From: Eremomyces bilateralis CBS 781.70
Lineage: Eukaryota
Assembly: GCA_010015585.1 (NCBI GenBank)
Contig: ML975155.1
Reading direction: 5' to 3' (one strand)
Length of the DNA stretch: 64,000 nt
This document shows, in pieces, positions 37,801-51,849 of the stretch; the stretch's first letter is position 1, and each line of letters opens with the position of its first letter. Under the pieces are notes generated by a model. The model saw only the letters and a list, made by a program, of their open reading frames with translations, was not told the origin of the DNA and did no database searches. A program made the translations under genes and the position numbers.

Positions 37801-40800
37801 AATCAGCGAGGACCGGATGGAGGTTGGACGAATGCGCGAGCGGGAAATTGCCAATGGAATGAAATGATGGGAGACGTGGTGGGGAGGGCGGTTTCGCGGA
37901 CAAGGATGGTAGTATCACGTGGTTCACGGCGGTCATGTGCCTTGTCCGAAATGCAGGGACTTTTTTCACGTTTCCAGCAGGGGGATTTGCTGATGGCTCC
38001 CACAGGGAGTCCCTCAGCTCCATGCATCCTTTTCTGATTTCCCGAATCGCGTCGTTATTTGTGGGCAGCGGGACGTCCTAAAACGTCCAGACTCCCCGTT
38101 GTCCCGCCCATTTGGATTGGCATTTGGCAAAGGTGGTGGTGTCCGTGGCGAGAGGATCGGTTAATTCCCCCCTGTTCTCATATTAACGATTTAGCGCATG
38201 CCCCGTATTCCTCCATTGGGCCAATTTGGGTCGAGTGATTTGCGCGGCGGATGGGTCGTGCCTGGGCGTCACTCGTGCTCTACTGCAGATGATGGGAGGC
38301 ATGATGAGACGGTCGCGGAATCGTGCAGGAGGGTTCTCAACCGTCAATGTTACCTGGCATTGACCATCACGGATGCAGTCGATGTCGCTGCTGTCATTAC
38401 TGCTGTCTGCTGTCTGCCTGGTGAGTGGGTGCGATGATCCAGAGCCGCATGTAGGCGACGTGAGGTCATTTGACGATGCATTGCTCGGACGTTGCGGCTA
38501 TGAGTGGGACGGTGGCCATGTCGCGATGACTCCACTTGGTCCAGTGACTGGAGTATTCTGCTGTGAGCCTGAGCTGGATGCTGTATAACTGTGTGACCTG
38601 CTCATCATGATCCTGCGTCCCAGGCAATCGGGAATCCCGTCACGATAGGAAATGCCGAATGAAGGATTGGCAATTCCGTCGGCGGTAAGAAACTATGCTG
38701 GAAACGACGCGGCAGCAGGAGGAGGCCAGGAGCGGATGATAGTGGGAAGATGATGAAGCAGGAGACAGAATGCCGGAATCACCGCATGTCTGCATGACTG
38801 CATCTGCATCAACCAGGCCGATATTAATATGATTCTGATATTACCCTTCCCGTTGAGCCCATCGGCAGAACCACCAGCCCGTCGTCAACGGCAGATCACC
38901 GCCGCTATGTTTCAGATATCGTGGTCTTTCTACTGTCTAGTTTCCCAATCGGCAACGCCGCCAATCAGCGTCCTCGCCGCCGATATTTCTCGGATGCACA
39001 TCACTCAACCGCCCAACCGCAATCGGACTCGGGGCTCTGGCTGGTCTGACGGAGGGAAAGTCGGCCTGTCGACCGTCTAACCGCCCAATGATGGCGGGAC
39101 TCTGAGAAAAGGTGAACCACTTGCGGCGAGGGGGAGGGGACCAATCATGCGAGATGCCGTGGGCGGGGATCTTGGAATGCCGTTGAGGTCGAAATGTTGA
39201 ATGGGAGACAGCTGCGAGTGTAGCGGCTGTTGTTGTGCTGTAGTGACGATGGTAGCGCAAAACGGTGACCGGATCGGAGGCCTGCGTGAGAAAACGGACA
39301 ATATATAAAGGGGGATCTTAAGGACGTTAAGTCCGAATTAGCGGCAGAATCGACTGGTTGCCTTTCTATTCTAATCCTGACCAATATTATTATTGTTATG
39401 CAGAGCCAGCCAAATGAGGCGAGTCGGATGCAGCGCAATATGACTTCGACGACTTGGAGATTCGGTCGATAATGTCCCAGGACAGAGCGGTTGAAAGGAC
39501 TGCAATTAAATATTGGAAATGCAGGAACGGCGACCATTCTTAGTGGCCACTAGGAATATAAAATGCGGAAATCCAAGACATTTTCCCGAATTGTTGTTGA
39601 ACTCAACGCCATGCCATGGCGAGTAAAACTTCCTTGTAAGATTGGGGCGTTTGGTGACATCCGATTTATTAATACAGACCAGACAGGATGCAGGTGATGA
39701 TCCACTCCATTGGTGCAGGTGATCACAGGCACTTTGCTTCTTCCCTCTATCCAAATGAATCCAACAGACGGACAACACTTTGCCTTCGAACTGAATCGCT
39801 CTATTGATTCATTAGCAGCACCAGACTTTGATACTTCTCATCAACAACTCATTCATAACCCCATCCTACATCCTGTAAAACCCCCCAACCCGAATTCAAG
39901 TTTCACCCCCCCCAGTTCAAGCTTCCTGCATCCCAACAATTATCCTCCCGATCCTCCCAGCTTGGGACGGAACCAGCATAGCACCCAACCTCTGCTCCAA
40001 TTTATCCAAACGTGACCTATTTGCCGGTTGGAGCCGTCTCGTGGTGGTGAATTACGACATTGGTAGGCTGTAATTAGGCGGCTACAGAAATCCAGGAAAT
40101 CCAGAGGGCCGGAAATCTACCTCGTGCCCCAGTTGCCTCTCAAGGCCTCAACGCACAGCCCAAGTGCCCGAGTGCCCAATCCCGCCCAAGCACACAGAGT
40201 CCCACACGCCGTTCGGTTAGCCGCGTGCATCATCATCGGCCATCATCATCCATCGTCAACGGCAAGGTGCAAAGTGCAAAGCTTCATTGGGGGGAAAGAG
40301 GGGCAATTCCAAGCTCTTGATCGGGTTCAGAAGTCAGGACGACAGCACCACTCCCTAGGAAAACCTTCCAATCCAAGTGCAACAGCGTCAGGAGTTCGTC
40401 AGGATCATCACGGATCATCACGATTGGTGCGTCGCGAGAGGGTGTGCCTCTCTCACACACTCTCTGACACTTTTGCTGCGTCTCTCTTCAGTGGCTCCTC
40501 TCATCGGTGGTCACGCTCTCCTCTCAGATTTAGTTTAGTGGGGCTTCAATCACTCTCAAGAGTCAAGACTCAAGCTCTCTGCTCCCAGTTCGGAATTCTG
40601 ATGCTCTGAATTCTGATGTTCACTCTCGAGTCTTGACTCTGCAACATTCGGCCTCTCACGCTCGGCGTATTTCCATCCATCTTTCTCCTCCCTGACTTGA
40701 ATCTTAACTTGATCCCCTCCTCCCCCGCTGCTACGTTTCTATCCAGCGGTTCGTCCAAATTCACCTGTAACAACGAACAACCACCACGACAACCACTCCA

Positions 40801-41672
40801 TCATTACGGTACGCTATCATCACTGCTGTCGGTGCTTATTCCCATTTCCCTCTCCCCTTCAAGTTTCCAAATCATCCTCACCTCGCTGCCTGCATCATCA
40901 TCATCATTCACCACGCATCAAGCGTCAAAAGGACTGTCAAGTGCTCAACAGTCAATCCAAACCCAAGCTCATCCTCACAAGTGGTGCAGCGGTGCAGCTC
41001 ATGCACACACGGACCCTGTTGCCCTCTTCGCCTGACTTGCCCCATCTGCCCATCCATCCATCAATCAACCACCCGCTTTCCTTCTCTCTCACACACACTC
41101 TCCAACTCTCCCTCTTCCACCTCTCCCTCTTCCACCTCTCCCTCACTCCATCCAACTGCTTCACTTAGCCTATTCACATCCTGCACATTCCCTAGAAATC
41201 CTCATTTCCCATCCCAATTTCAGATCTGGTACCATCCCACCCTTCCCTGGGCTGCCATGTCCCGCTTCAACCGCTGACCTGTTTGGCCGCTGCAGTACGA
41301 CCGACCCTGCCCGTCCACCAACCCTCCCACCCAGCCAAGCTCCGTCATCCACGACCAACGCCCTCACCACCTTGAATCCCCATCATCCTCCCACTTCCCC
41401 GCCGCATCATCACCCATCCGTTCTTGCGCCCCTCCCTCCATTGTCCAGCACCCGTTGCGTGTTCCATTGCCCTCGTCCCTCCTCGTCGACCATTCCACCT
41501 TGGAATTCCCTCTCGACCATCCATCATCGGATCGGACGGACTCCACGATCCTGCATCCTCGCTCCGCCCACCGACGCACGCACATCCCGCGAAAATCCAA
41601 GCCACCACTCAACCGTGATCGAATCCCAACGCAGTCGGTTTGGAGGTCTCAACATTATCAAATCACTTCAGC

Positions 41673-43212
41673 ATGTCGCAGAACCGGCCGTCGGCGTTCT
41701 CGACGCTTCGCATGGGAGGTAAGGTCCCCATCCGCTTTCGGCCGTCGACCCCGGCACGTGCGACGTCGCAGGTATACTAACGATTTTTTTCGCATTGCAG
41801 AAGTCATTCGGGAGAAGGTGCAGGATGGATTGACCGGCGAAACCAGAGATCTGGCGTATACCCAGTGCAAGATTGTGGGGAATGGGTCGTTTGGCGTGGT
41901 GTTTCAGACCAAGTTGTCACCAAGTGGGGAGGATGCTGCCATCAAACGAGTACTGCAAGACAAGCGATTCAAGGTATGTTATACTGCAAAAACTGGAAAG
42001 AAGGGTTCTGATCAACTTTCTAGAATCGGGAGCTGCAAATCATGCGCATTGTCCGTCATCCAAACATCGTCGAGTTGAAAGCCTTCTACTACAGCAATGG
42101 GGAACGGGTACGCCACTCCTCGTCTGCTTCGATCTAATTTGAGCAACTCTAACCCCTGACAGAAAGATGAAGTCTACCTGAACCTCATCCTCGAATTCGT
42201 CCCCGAAACCGTCTACCGAGCATCGCGATGGTTCAACAAGATGAAGACGGTCATGCCGATCCTCGAGGTCAAACTTTACATCTACCAGCTCTTCCGCGCG
42301 CTCGCATACATCCACTCCCAAGGCATCTGCCACAGGGACATCAAACCCCAAAATCTGCTGCTCGACCCGGCCACCGGCATCTTAAAACTTTGCGACTTTG
42401 GCAGCGCGAAGATCCTGGTGGAGAATGAGCCGAACGTTTCCTACATCTGTTCAAGGTACTACCGAGCGCCGGAGTTGATATTCGGAGCGACCAATTACAC
42501 CACCAAGATTGGTAGGTTCATGCTGTAATCCATCGAATGATCCGATCCAGCTAACGTAATTAGATGTCTGGTCCACCGGCTGCGTCATGGCGGAATTGAT
42601 GCTTGGCCAACCGCTCTTCCCAGGCGAGTCCGGAATCGACCAGCTCGTGGAGATCATCAAAGTGCTCGGAACCCCCACCCGGGATCAGATCCGTACGATG
42701 AACCCCAACTACATGGAACACAAGTTCCCGCAAATCAAACCGCATCCGTTCAGCAAGGTATTCAAGCCCGCATCCCGTCGCCGTGCCCCATCGGGAAGAC
42801 CCGCCTCTGACATCGCCCAGGTCTTCCGCAAAGCCGATGCCGACGCCATCGATCTGATCTCCAAGTTGCTCGAATACACTCCTACGCAAAGATTGTCGGC
42901 CATCGACGCCATGGTGCATCCGTTCTTCGACCAGCTGCGGGATCCCAGCACCAAGCTCCCGGATTCCCGTCACACCAACGGCGCCGCTCGGGAACTGCCC
43001 GTGCTGTTCGATTTCTCCCATCACGGTATGTGTCCCGCTTGATCCGCGTTCTTCCCTCGCTAACCCTCGCAGAACTCTCCATCGCCCCTCCACTCAACCA
43101 ACAACTCGTTCCACAGCACATCCGCCCGACCCTGCGCGCCAAGGGCCTGGACATCGATGCGCCCAATTTCCGACCCCTCACCAAAGAGGACATGGCGGCC
43201 CGGCTGGATTAA
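41673..43212 (+). CDS. gsk3: Glycogen synthase kinase 3 (GSK-3/Rim11 family), 7 exons
   Basis: [65 protein letters not shown]. Confidence 0.97.
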
Positions 43213-43534
43213 CGCTCCCCCCTATCTCTTCCTCTTGTCCTTCCCCGGGAGCACGAGGGCCCGCCTACCGGGACGGGAAACGCCTGCGCAACGTAACATC
43301 AACCGGACATTGGCCGCGGGGTCGACAACAGACAAAAGCCCCAACTCGCGCGGGCGTGGAACCAGGGACGAACGAACGTCGCGCGCAAAACACTCCGAAA
43401 AATCGGGAGAGAGAGAACGCCACCCCGTTCATTCCCCCTTATACCCCCGAATCCTTTCTCTCTCTCTTGCTGTGGTGGACAGACACATTGGGGGATGGGG
43501 GAACCGAACCAAGGGAACATCCAGGGACACGGAG

Positions 43535-43590
43535 ATGGAAATGGAATGGAACGGAATGGAATGGAATGAAACGGGAATGGAATTGGGATG
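43535..43590 (+). repeat. (GGAAT)n-like microsatellite in the GSK3 3' region; CT-rich and (GAGTAC)n tracts follow at about 43720-43820
   Basis: atggaaatggaatggaacggaatggaatggaatg; gagtacgagtacgagtac. Confidence 0.85.
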
Positions 43591-46387
43591 CATTCACGAA
43601 GTTATGTTTCTGGGAAATTCACAACACCGCAACGCACTACTACGCAAATCGCGCACGTCACTATCGCATCCGTCATGTTGCGGATGTCGGTTGGTCGTCA
43701 TACCCGCTAAACCTCCTCCACCTCTCTCTCCCTCTCCCTCTCCTTCTCCTTCTCTCTCTCCCTCTCCCCCTCTATCTCAGAGTTCGCAAGAGTCTCGGCA
43801 CGAGTACGAGTACGAGTACATGTTGGCAGCGAAAATCATGGATGGGTTATTTCGATTGTTTTATTTCCCGTCTTCTGTTCGTTGGTGTTGGTGTTGGTGT
43901 CGTGGTCAGTGTCGTCAGTGTCGTCCTTGCCGTCGTGTCCTATTGTCATTGGTGTATCTTTACCTCCCCCATCCATCCATCCGACCAGTCGTCCAGCCAG
44001 CCGTCCAGCCGTCCAGCCATCACCCAGCGTCCCCCCGACCTCCCGACCTCATCCTCGAATGTCACCAAAAGTTCGACGCCGCTTCATCACCAACTTCACG
44101 GCACACGATCAGCAGCAACTTCACATCATCCGTTCCAGCCTCTGCTCCTCCCAACCAGCAGAACCGATCCACCAATCTTCCCATTGCTTAAAATCCCCCG
44201 AAAACGACAGAAAATCGCGATCCGTCAAGCAGCACATGTTCCTCTCTCCTCCCGCGCCATCCCGCTCGCCTTCCGAGTGTGTTTTCAATTTTCATTTGGG
44301 GACAGATAGGGGCGGTTCGCTAGCCTGTTCCGGGTTTTCGGACGTTTTCTCGTCGTTGTTCTTTGATGTCGCTGTTGACGTTCGCCATTCTGGTGTTGTT
44401 TTGCGAGGCACACACTGCCAGCGCTCGTCCGTAAAATGGTCGATGTTCTCATATTTTTCCTTTACGAGCAGAGCCAAAACGAAAGTCATGTCTCATTAGT
44501 CAATCAAATCAAATCAAATTCAATTTTCTATCAAACAGTTTCTTGAACGTGGGGTCTGCAACTTCGTATGTTTAGTGTTCTGACGCTACTACCGATGTCG
44601 CTGTGTCTACTTCTACTAATACTGCTACTCCTACTGCTGCGTCTGCCGTTGATGGTCCAGTAAGCCATCGATCATACGATCATGCGTGAGTAGGTCCCAC
44701 GTGCGTCCCCGGTATATCCGCCGTAATCCCACACAGCATAGCAAGAATTCCTATTCCTATAAAAACCCTCCCAACCCTCCTCCCATCATCTTGCATGTCC
44801 CCCCGTCCCCCCCACCCCAAAGCCCACTCTCCCCTTTGAATTCGACCGCATTCATCAGACCTAGACTTCGGTGGCGGTGTCGCACCATCAATTGCCTACC
44901 ATATCCGCGTGCCGTCCTGTTCGCGCTGGATGGGTTGTTGGCGGTGGTTGGTTCGCTATCGTCGATTGTGTGGGGATGAAGCGCAATGGTGAAGGACTTG
45001 CGGTGGGGTGATCGTTCGATGGTTGGGGTGGGTGCTGGGTTGGGAAGTGGTTGGAGGATGGATGAAGGGGTGTGGGAAGGGGAAGAGAGAGGGGTTTGGG
45101 AATTGCGTAGATGGAGAGTGTGGTGGAATCGAAAGGCGTTCTTGTTCGAGTGAGATATGTATTGTTCTAGTGAGATGTGTATTCAGATCCATGTGAGACG
45201 TTACACGAGATGTTCTCAAAGTCTCTGAAACGACTGATTCATTGATCCATTGATCCTACTGATTTCAATCCCACTCTTACAGACTCTCTACCCATATATA
45301 ATCTTTCCTCTCCCATGCTTATCCCACTTCTCTTCACGCCGGAGATTCTTCAGCCTCGATCCTCACCGGTCAAAGCAAGGGTGCATACTGATATCTACTC
45401 CGTGTTGATCCTAGCATCTGAGCCATCTTCTTGCAATCTATCTGCAATTGGACAAGATCCAGACCCGGTACTATCAGCTATCTTGGTCAAATCACTCGAT
45501 CAAGGACTGTGCTGCTTCAATCACTGAGAAGAGGACTCCATTGCAATCCTGTTGCGCCTGAGCACCTCTAAGCAAACCGCACGGGAAGCTACAAGATCAA
45601 TGTCATCTACACCATTACTTACTCATTCAATCCCATTGTGAATCTCCAATTCCCTATTCTCAACAATCTCAGTTCAATCTATCGATTGGTTGCATCGAGC
45701 GGATCAGTAGTGAGATTGGCGACCGCGCCCGTCTTAGCGCCGCCCGCCAGGTTAAAATATGGAGGGAATCTTAATTGATTTATCCGACAGCGGTGATACA
45801 CCCATGGAAGATGCCATGGACGCCGATATGAACAATGGAGAATGGGTAAGTTTCAATCACAATTCACTGTCATCTTGTTCGGGGTTGGATCAAGTTTCGT
45901 TGTCGTCAGTCGTCTGATACACAATATGCATTCTTGGCACCTTTCGTCCGCTGAAGCAGCTGCATGTTCCAAACCTCCCTAGAATTTCACCTTCCACCCT
46001 AAACACGAACTATTCACTCCAGCTCTCCCTCGCGTTTCGCAAACCTGCCATTTGGTTTTCATCGTCGTGCAACTCCCCTTTTCTCTCCTGCAACGGCTTG
46101 TTGTAATCCCTTCCCCGTATCAATCACACCCACAGTCTGTTTGTTGCTCGTGAGCTCATCCCGCAACAAAGCACGAAGTCCTCCCTAACGCAGACGCGCA
46201 GACACGTCTGACCGGCCTTCTTGCACCTCCATCATCGTTCGGCGCCGCCAAACTACTCCCCAATTCATTCAAGGCAGCGAAACTTTCTCTCGGCCCCCGC
46301 TGGGATTCTCTAGTCTCCCACCAGCAGCCTCTACTCTCATACGAGGACCCAACACCAGTTGACGAGCTCGCCAGTCGGATCGCGAAT

Positions 46388-49300
46388 ATGGACGTTGAGA
46401 GGAGACATCATAATGGAGGTGGTAGGGAGAGGCATCATGGTGGAGGCGGAGACAGACATCATGGCGGTGGGGAGAGGCATCATGGCGGAGGCGGGAGGTT
46501 CCATGGGAGGGGAAGGAAACGAAATTTCCGAGAGCGAGGTATGTCGGTTCCTATTGCTAGTGACAGATGGATTGGGTGGGATGATACGCTGCTTGACGAT
46601 CGAGAACCAAAGCCCTCTCCGGGCATGTTATTTATGAACCATCTGGCGGGTTTCATCTGCGAGATGAGAATTGGCTGACGCGACACCAGGTGATGACGAC
46701 GGGGATCACGATCGTCGACCACGTTTCAAGCCCCGCTACGAAGAACCGGCCGCATCACGTCTTCGCCGACTGATTCTCGCCATCGCGGAACAACCGAGAG
46801 ATGGCGCGGCGAACGAGGCCCAATATATCGCCAAATTGTTGAACGAGAACTTTGAAGATGATCTGACGAGGAAGACCTTCTTTGATTTGGTGCTTCAAGC
46901 GTGAGTGGCATTGACTCTTGCGAGTGGCACAACGTGGCGCAAGTCACGGCAAGCTAACGAGATGATAGTGTTTCGGAGCAGCCGTTGAAGATTCCATATG
47001 TTGCTGCCGTCATTCTCCATGCCAATGAAACGAACGCGGAGATCGGGAAAGAGGCCCTGGAGAGAGCGAGAGTTCGAGCGCAGTTCGCATTGGACAGCGG
47101 CGATTGGCGTGGATTCAAGCTCGTCTTGCGATTCTTCGCCTGTCTTCAGCCGATGCTGGCTGACGACGGCGTGTTTCCATTGCTTGACGAAGTCTTCAAT
47201 CGCGCCGTTGATTTGCAGACAGCGTCTCAGGAGGACGTGAGTAGATCCTGCGGTCAGCCATAGGACATGCTAATATTTGAATATAGGCTGTTGGTTTGGA
47301 CTTGGTCAAGATCATCTTGTTGACTCTTCCCTATCTTCTTGCGAATTCGCCGACCACATGGGCTGAGAAGGCGGCTGAGCTTCTCGAGAAGACGGACATC
47401 GTCGCATCAGCACCTCATCCACTCGAACCACTTGTGGAATCTTATCTTGGCGATGAAGATCAGAAGCCTTTTGGGTTCCGCAGCTTTATTGGACTACTCC
47501 AAAAGCAGCTGGCCAAGGAATCCGAAAATGGCTGGGAACTCACATGTCTTTCCCGTCCCTACACCGACTACAAGAAACAGGCCAGCGAGGAGGCTACAGC
47601 GGAGATCCCAAAACATGCCCTCCCAGAAATCACCGTTCCCTCCCCCGTCAACCCCGGCCGGAGGCCCGTCTTCCCGGAGACCTATTTCTCCATGTACGCC
47701 GACACCGAGATCGAAACCGTGCCGCGGACCGACGACATCGCTGCCTCACTGATCCGCGACGCTACCGTCGACACGATCAACCTCCTCGACTTCAACCGCG
47801 TCACCACGGCGCGCTTCCTCATGGAAATCGACTGCTTCTGGGCCGCGGGCACTTTCGCCAAGCGCGGAACGGCGTTCGATAAGTTGAAGAACGACGAGGG
47901 CAGGACGATGTGGAAGTCCGAGGATATGGCGGTGGATGCGATCTTCAGCCAGCTGTTCGCCCTGCCGATCCCGGAGCACAAGCTGGTGTATTATCATGCC
48001 GTGGTGACGGAGTGTTGCAAGATCGCGCCGGCGGCCGTGGCGCCTAGCTTAGGAAGGGCCATCCGGTTCTTGTTCCGGAATATCGATTCGATGGATATGG
48101 AGCTAGAGTATCGGTTCATGGATTGGTTTGCGCACCATCTGAGTAACTTTGATTTTCGATGGAAGTGGGCAGAATGGTAAGACCACCACAAAACGAAGTG
48201 CAGTTCAAGATCTAACTATTATTTAGGATTGAGGATATCAGCCGCCCTGATCTGCATCCGAAGAAGGCATTCCTAGCCGGCATCTTAGATAAGGAGATCC
48301 GGTTGAGCTTTGCGAAGCGCGTTCGTGGAACGCTGCCGAAAGAGTATCATGTTCTTGTGCCGGAGGGCAAGGATAAGGATACTCCAGATTTCAAGTATAG
48401 TTCTGATGGTATGTTCCTCCCCTTGTTCTTGTACGTGCACCACTCACGTCAACAGATGTCCCATTCGCACCGGAAGCCCGTCAGATTCTAGATTTGTTGA
48501 AGAAAAAAGCCCCAGACTCCGACATCCAACCCATCATCGACAACATCCACGCGCAAGCCTCCGAAGCCGCCCTCTCGGACCCCCTTGTCGCTTCCACCGA
48601 CGCATACATGACCGCCGTCCTGGTGATCGGCTCCAAATCCCTCTCGCATCTCATCTCCGGCATCGAGCGCTGCCGCGAACGTCTCGTCTCCGTCGGCCCG
48701 GCCTCCGAGGCCGCCCGCCGCCAAATTATCTCCTCCGTCGTCGACTACTGGCGCTTCCGTCCCGGCACTGCCGTCGGCGTCGTCGACAAACTACTCAACT
48801 ACACCATCCTGCTGCCGGAAAGCGTGGTGCTCTGGGCGCTCGGGCCCGAACGCCTCGGAAAAGGCGAGCCGCTGGCCGATGCTTGGCTATACGAGATGGT
48901 CTCCGGCACTCTCGGCAAAGTCGCGACACGCGTCCGCCAGATCCGCGACGCATTGGTCAACGCCCGCGTCGCTGGCGGCATGCCCGACGAGCAGATCACC
49001 AAGCTAGAGGAGCTCCTCACGCAAGAGCGCGGGGCGATGCGAGCGCTGTTCGGCGAGGTGGACGACTCGGTCGGCGGCGTGGCGCGCGGGGTGTCGGAAG
49101 GGATGCTCGAGAACGAAGCGGACGACGCGATAACGAGGATCCTACGGGCGTGGGGGGCGCGGTGGGCGCGGGTGTTCCGGCGGCGGGCGGCGGTGGAGGA
49201 GACGTGGGTGGCGGACGAGGCGATCAAGGCGGCGATCGAAGCGCGGAAGATGTTAGAGGGGGCGGAGCGGCGGCGGGCGGAGGAGGTGGCAGCGGAGGAG

Positions 49301-49477
49301 GAGCGGGAGGAGGAGGAGCGGGTGAAAAGAGAGGAGGAGGAGAGTAGGAAGCGGGAGGAGGAGGAGGAGAGGGTGAAGCGGGTGAAGATGGATGAGGGGA
49401 AGGTGGAGGGGGGGGAAGAGGTGAAAGTTGATATGCTGGATGTGGCACCGGATGCGGATATGGTGGATGGGAGTTAG
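46388..49477 (+). CDS. STO1: Nuclear cap-binding protein subunit 1 (CBP80/Sto1), multi-exon; a 5' extension is possible
   Basis: RKR NLS, EQPLKIPYVAAV, MIF4G-like repeats, YYHAVVTECCKIAPAAVAPSLGRAIRFL, RFMDWFAHHLSNFDFRWKWAEW, DKEIRLSFAKRV, SKSLSH. Confidence 0.95.
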
Positions 49478-50227
49478 TTCGGGGGTTATTATCCTTTTTT
49501 TCCCGTGGGTATCAATCTCCTATGGTCATAGGGGATTGGGACTTGCCAGTCAAATTGCTGGTCATCTATCCAAGGGAGAAGGGTGCGAAATGGTCATCTT
49601 CGCCGTGGAGTTGGTGGTCATCAGTCATATGCTTTACAATAGGATGGAGCTACTTAAAAAGTCACATGGATCATACCTTATATCATGAACCACCTGTGTC
49701 ACAAGCCATGCTATGACTACTATAACATCTGACTCTATTTCAGGTTGATCTGAATAATATCTGTCTGCGTGGAGAGATAACGCCGTTCAACTTCCGGTAC
49801 AACGAAACATTCCTTCCTTGGCAGCCTTCATACCAGCCGCATTCATAGTATTCAACACCAGAGCCTCCTCTTCAACTCAGCACCTATCTTTACTCAATTC
49901 TATATCATGTAAATGCAACACCAATGACTCATTTGTTTCCTTAAGATCGCTACTTCGTGTTGAATGTGCCGTCGTCATTCAGAACATCTACCTTCTCTCA
50001 TGCTGTTACCTATCTAACGCGTCAACTTCAGGCAGAGCAACAGCAACTCTTCAGTGTTAATCCATGGAAGCAAACCAGTGCTTTTTAAGATCTCAATCCT
50101 CTCTGATACGTGTTTCTCTTACTACTATATGACTGACTCAGGTGGTTATCACGCATGATTGTGTGACAACGCTGCATCCTTTGTCCTCATCATTCCTCTT
50201 TACTCAACCTCACATTCACAACCCACC

Positions 50228-51849
50228 ATGGCTTCAGGAGTGTTCAACTGTCCCATGTGTGACTACACCTCCCCACTGGAAGAAGAAATCCTCTATCATT
50301 TTGAAGAGCAACACACCGATGACTCTCCCTTCGTGGCGCGAGGCGCCTCTCCTACCAAAGACTCAAGCATTCCAGCCACATCCCAGAGCAAGAGCGCAGA
50401 AAAGGATGAATCTCCCTCGCCCAGCAACGGTACCGGGAACCGCCGCAAGCGCAGCCATGACTCCCTGCAAGATGACGCGGAGTTCAACTACGTCAAATGC
50501 GAGGTGGAAGACTGCGGGGAGATCGTGTTGCTCAGCGACCTGGCGGAGCACATGGAGATGCATGACGCGGAGGAGATGTCGCTCGCGCTGGACGAGGCAG
50601 ACAGCGCGACGGCACGTGAGCAAGATGAGCAAGACGGAGAAGGGCCCAGCGGTGCTGGTGAAGATGACGCGACCGGGCGGTTCGATACAAATATCGCGGA
50701 CGGCCTGCGACGCAGCGCGCGGAACAGCAAGAAGCAACCATCTCCGGCGAAAAGGACCGGATTGACGCGCAGCTTGTTCGATTCCATCGCGCCGCGGACC
50801 GCGGAATCGAAAGGGAAAGATAAGGGGAAGAAAGTCGCGATGGCGCGGAAGAAGGCGAAGAAAGGGCGGGAAGGCCTGGGCCCGTATGCATGGGAGGATG
50901 AAATGCCTGCGACGATGTTGCAGGAGATGAAGCAGCCGATTTCCATCTGCAGGAAGAATATCCTCCGATCCGATGGGAAGGGGATGCTCACGTTGACGTG
51001 GTATAAGAACGAGACGCCGGACCTGATCCCCGAGCTGGCACGGCTATCGGAGACGGATCGGAACATTCGGAAGGCGTGGTACTGCGACGATGCGGTGCAT
51101 CATGTCGGCAAGACGACGACGCGTGACACGGGGTTCTGTGGGTATAAGAATATCCAGGTGATGCTGTCGTACATCCAAAACGCAAGATCTAAGGGTTACA
51201 AGGAGTTGAGGCGGCGCGGGTTCGACATGACCCCTGGGATTTTAGATCTACAGGACATGATCGAAGAGGCGTGGGATAAGGGGTTCTGCTCGTTTGGGCG
51301 AAAGGAAACCGGAGGCGTTAAGGGCACGCGGAAGTGGATTGGCACGAGCGAAGTGAGTTGCTATATCAAGAATTCTCACGCATGTACTAACCGAATCTCC
51401 AGCTCGCCGCGGTTCTCACCCTCCTCAACGTCGACTTCACCCCCGAATCCTTCCAAGATGACCTCTCCACGGATCACCAAGCGTATGAGGCCCTCCTCTC
51501 CTACGTGTCCACCTACTTCCGCCGCGGCGTCCGCCCCAACTGCACCGCGAAAGTCCACCAGACGTCGCTCCCGCCGCTCTTCCTGCAGCAGCCGGGCCAC
51601 TCGCTCACAATCGTGGGGTACGAGATCCGGAAGAACGGGGCGGTGAACCTGGTGGTGTACAACAACATGTTCCGGCCGCCGCCGGCGCTCAATGTCCATA
51701 ATATCAGCAAGATCAAGCCGAAGGCGACGGTGGAGTGCATGAAGGGGTTTCGGAGGAATGAGGAGCGGTTGCGGAATCATAATGCGTTTGAGGTGGTGGC
51801 GTTGGTTCCGGAGGAGTGGTGTTTGGAGGATTGTGAGGGGTGCCGGTGA
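50228..51849 (+). CDS. ZUP1/Mug105-like peptidase C78 (deubiquitinase family) with N-terminal zinc fingers, one intron about 51353-51402
   Basis: CPMC...H...H and C..EDCGE...HMEMH fingers; GFCGYKNIQVMLS; LQDMIEEAWDKG; GTRKWIGTSE; LQQPGHSLTIVG. Confidence 0.88.

Noticed and set aside
43157..44499. Three overlapping 200-340 aa ORFs downstream of GSK3
   Set aside because: Built from microsatellites and low-complexity DNA (MEWNG, EYEYEY, SPSPSP); most likely 3' UTR or intergenic.
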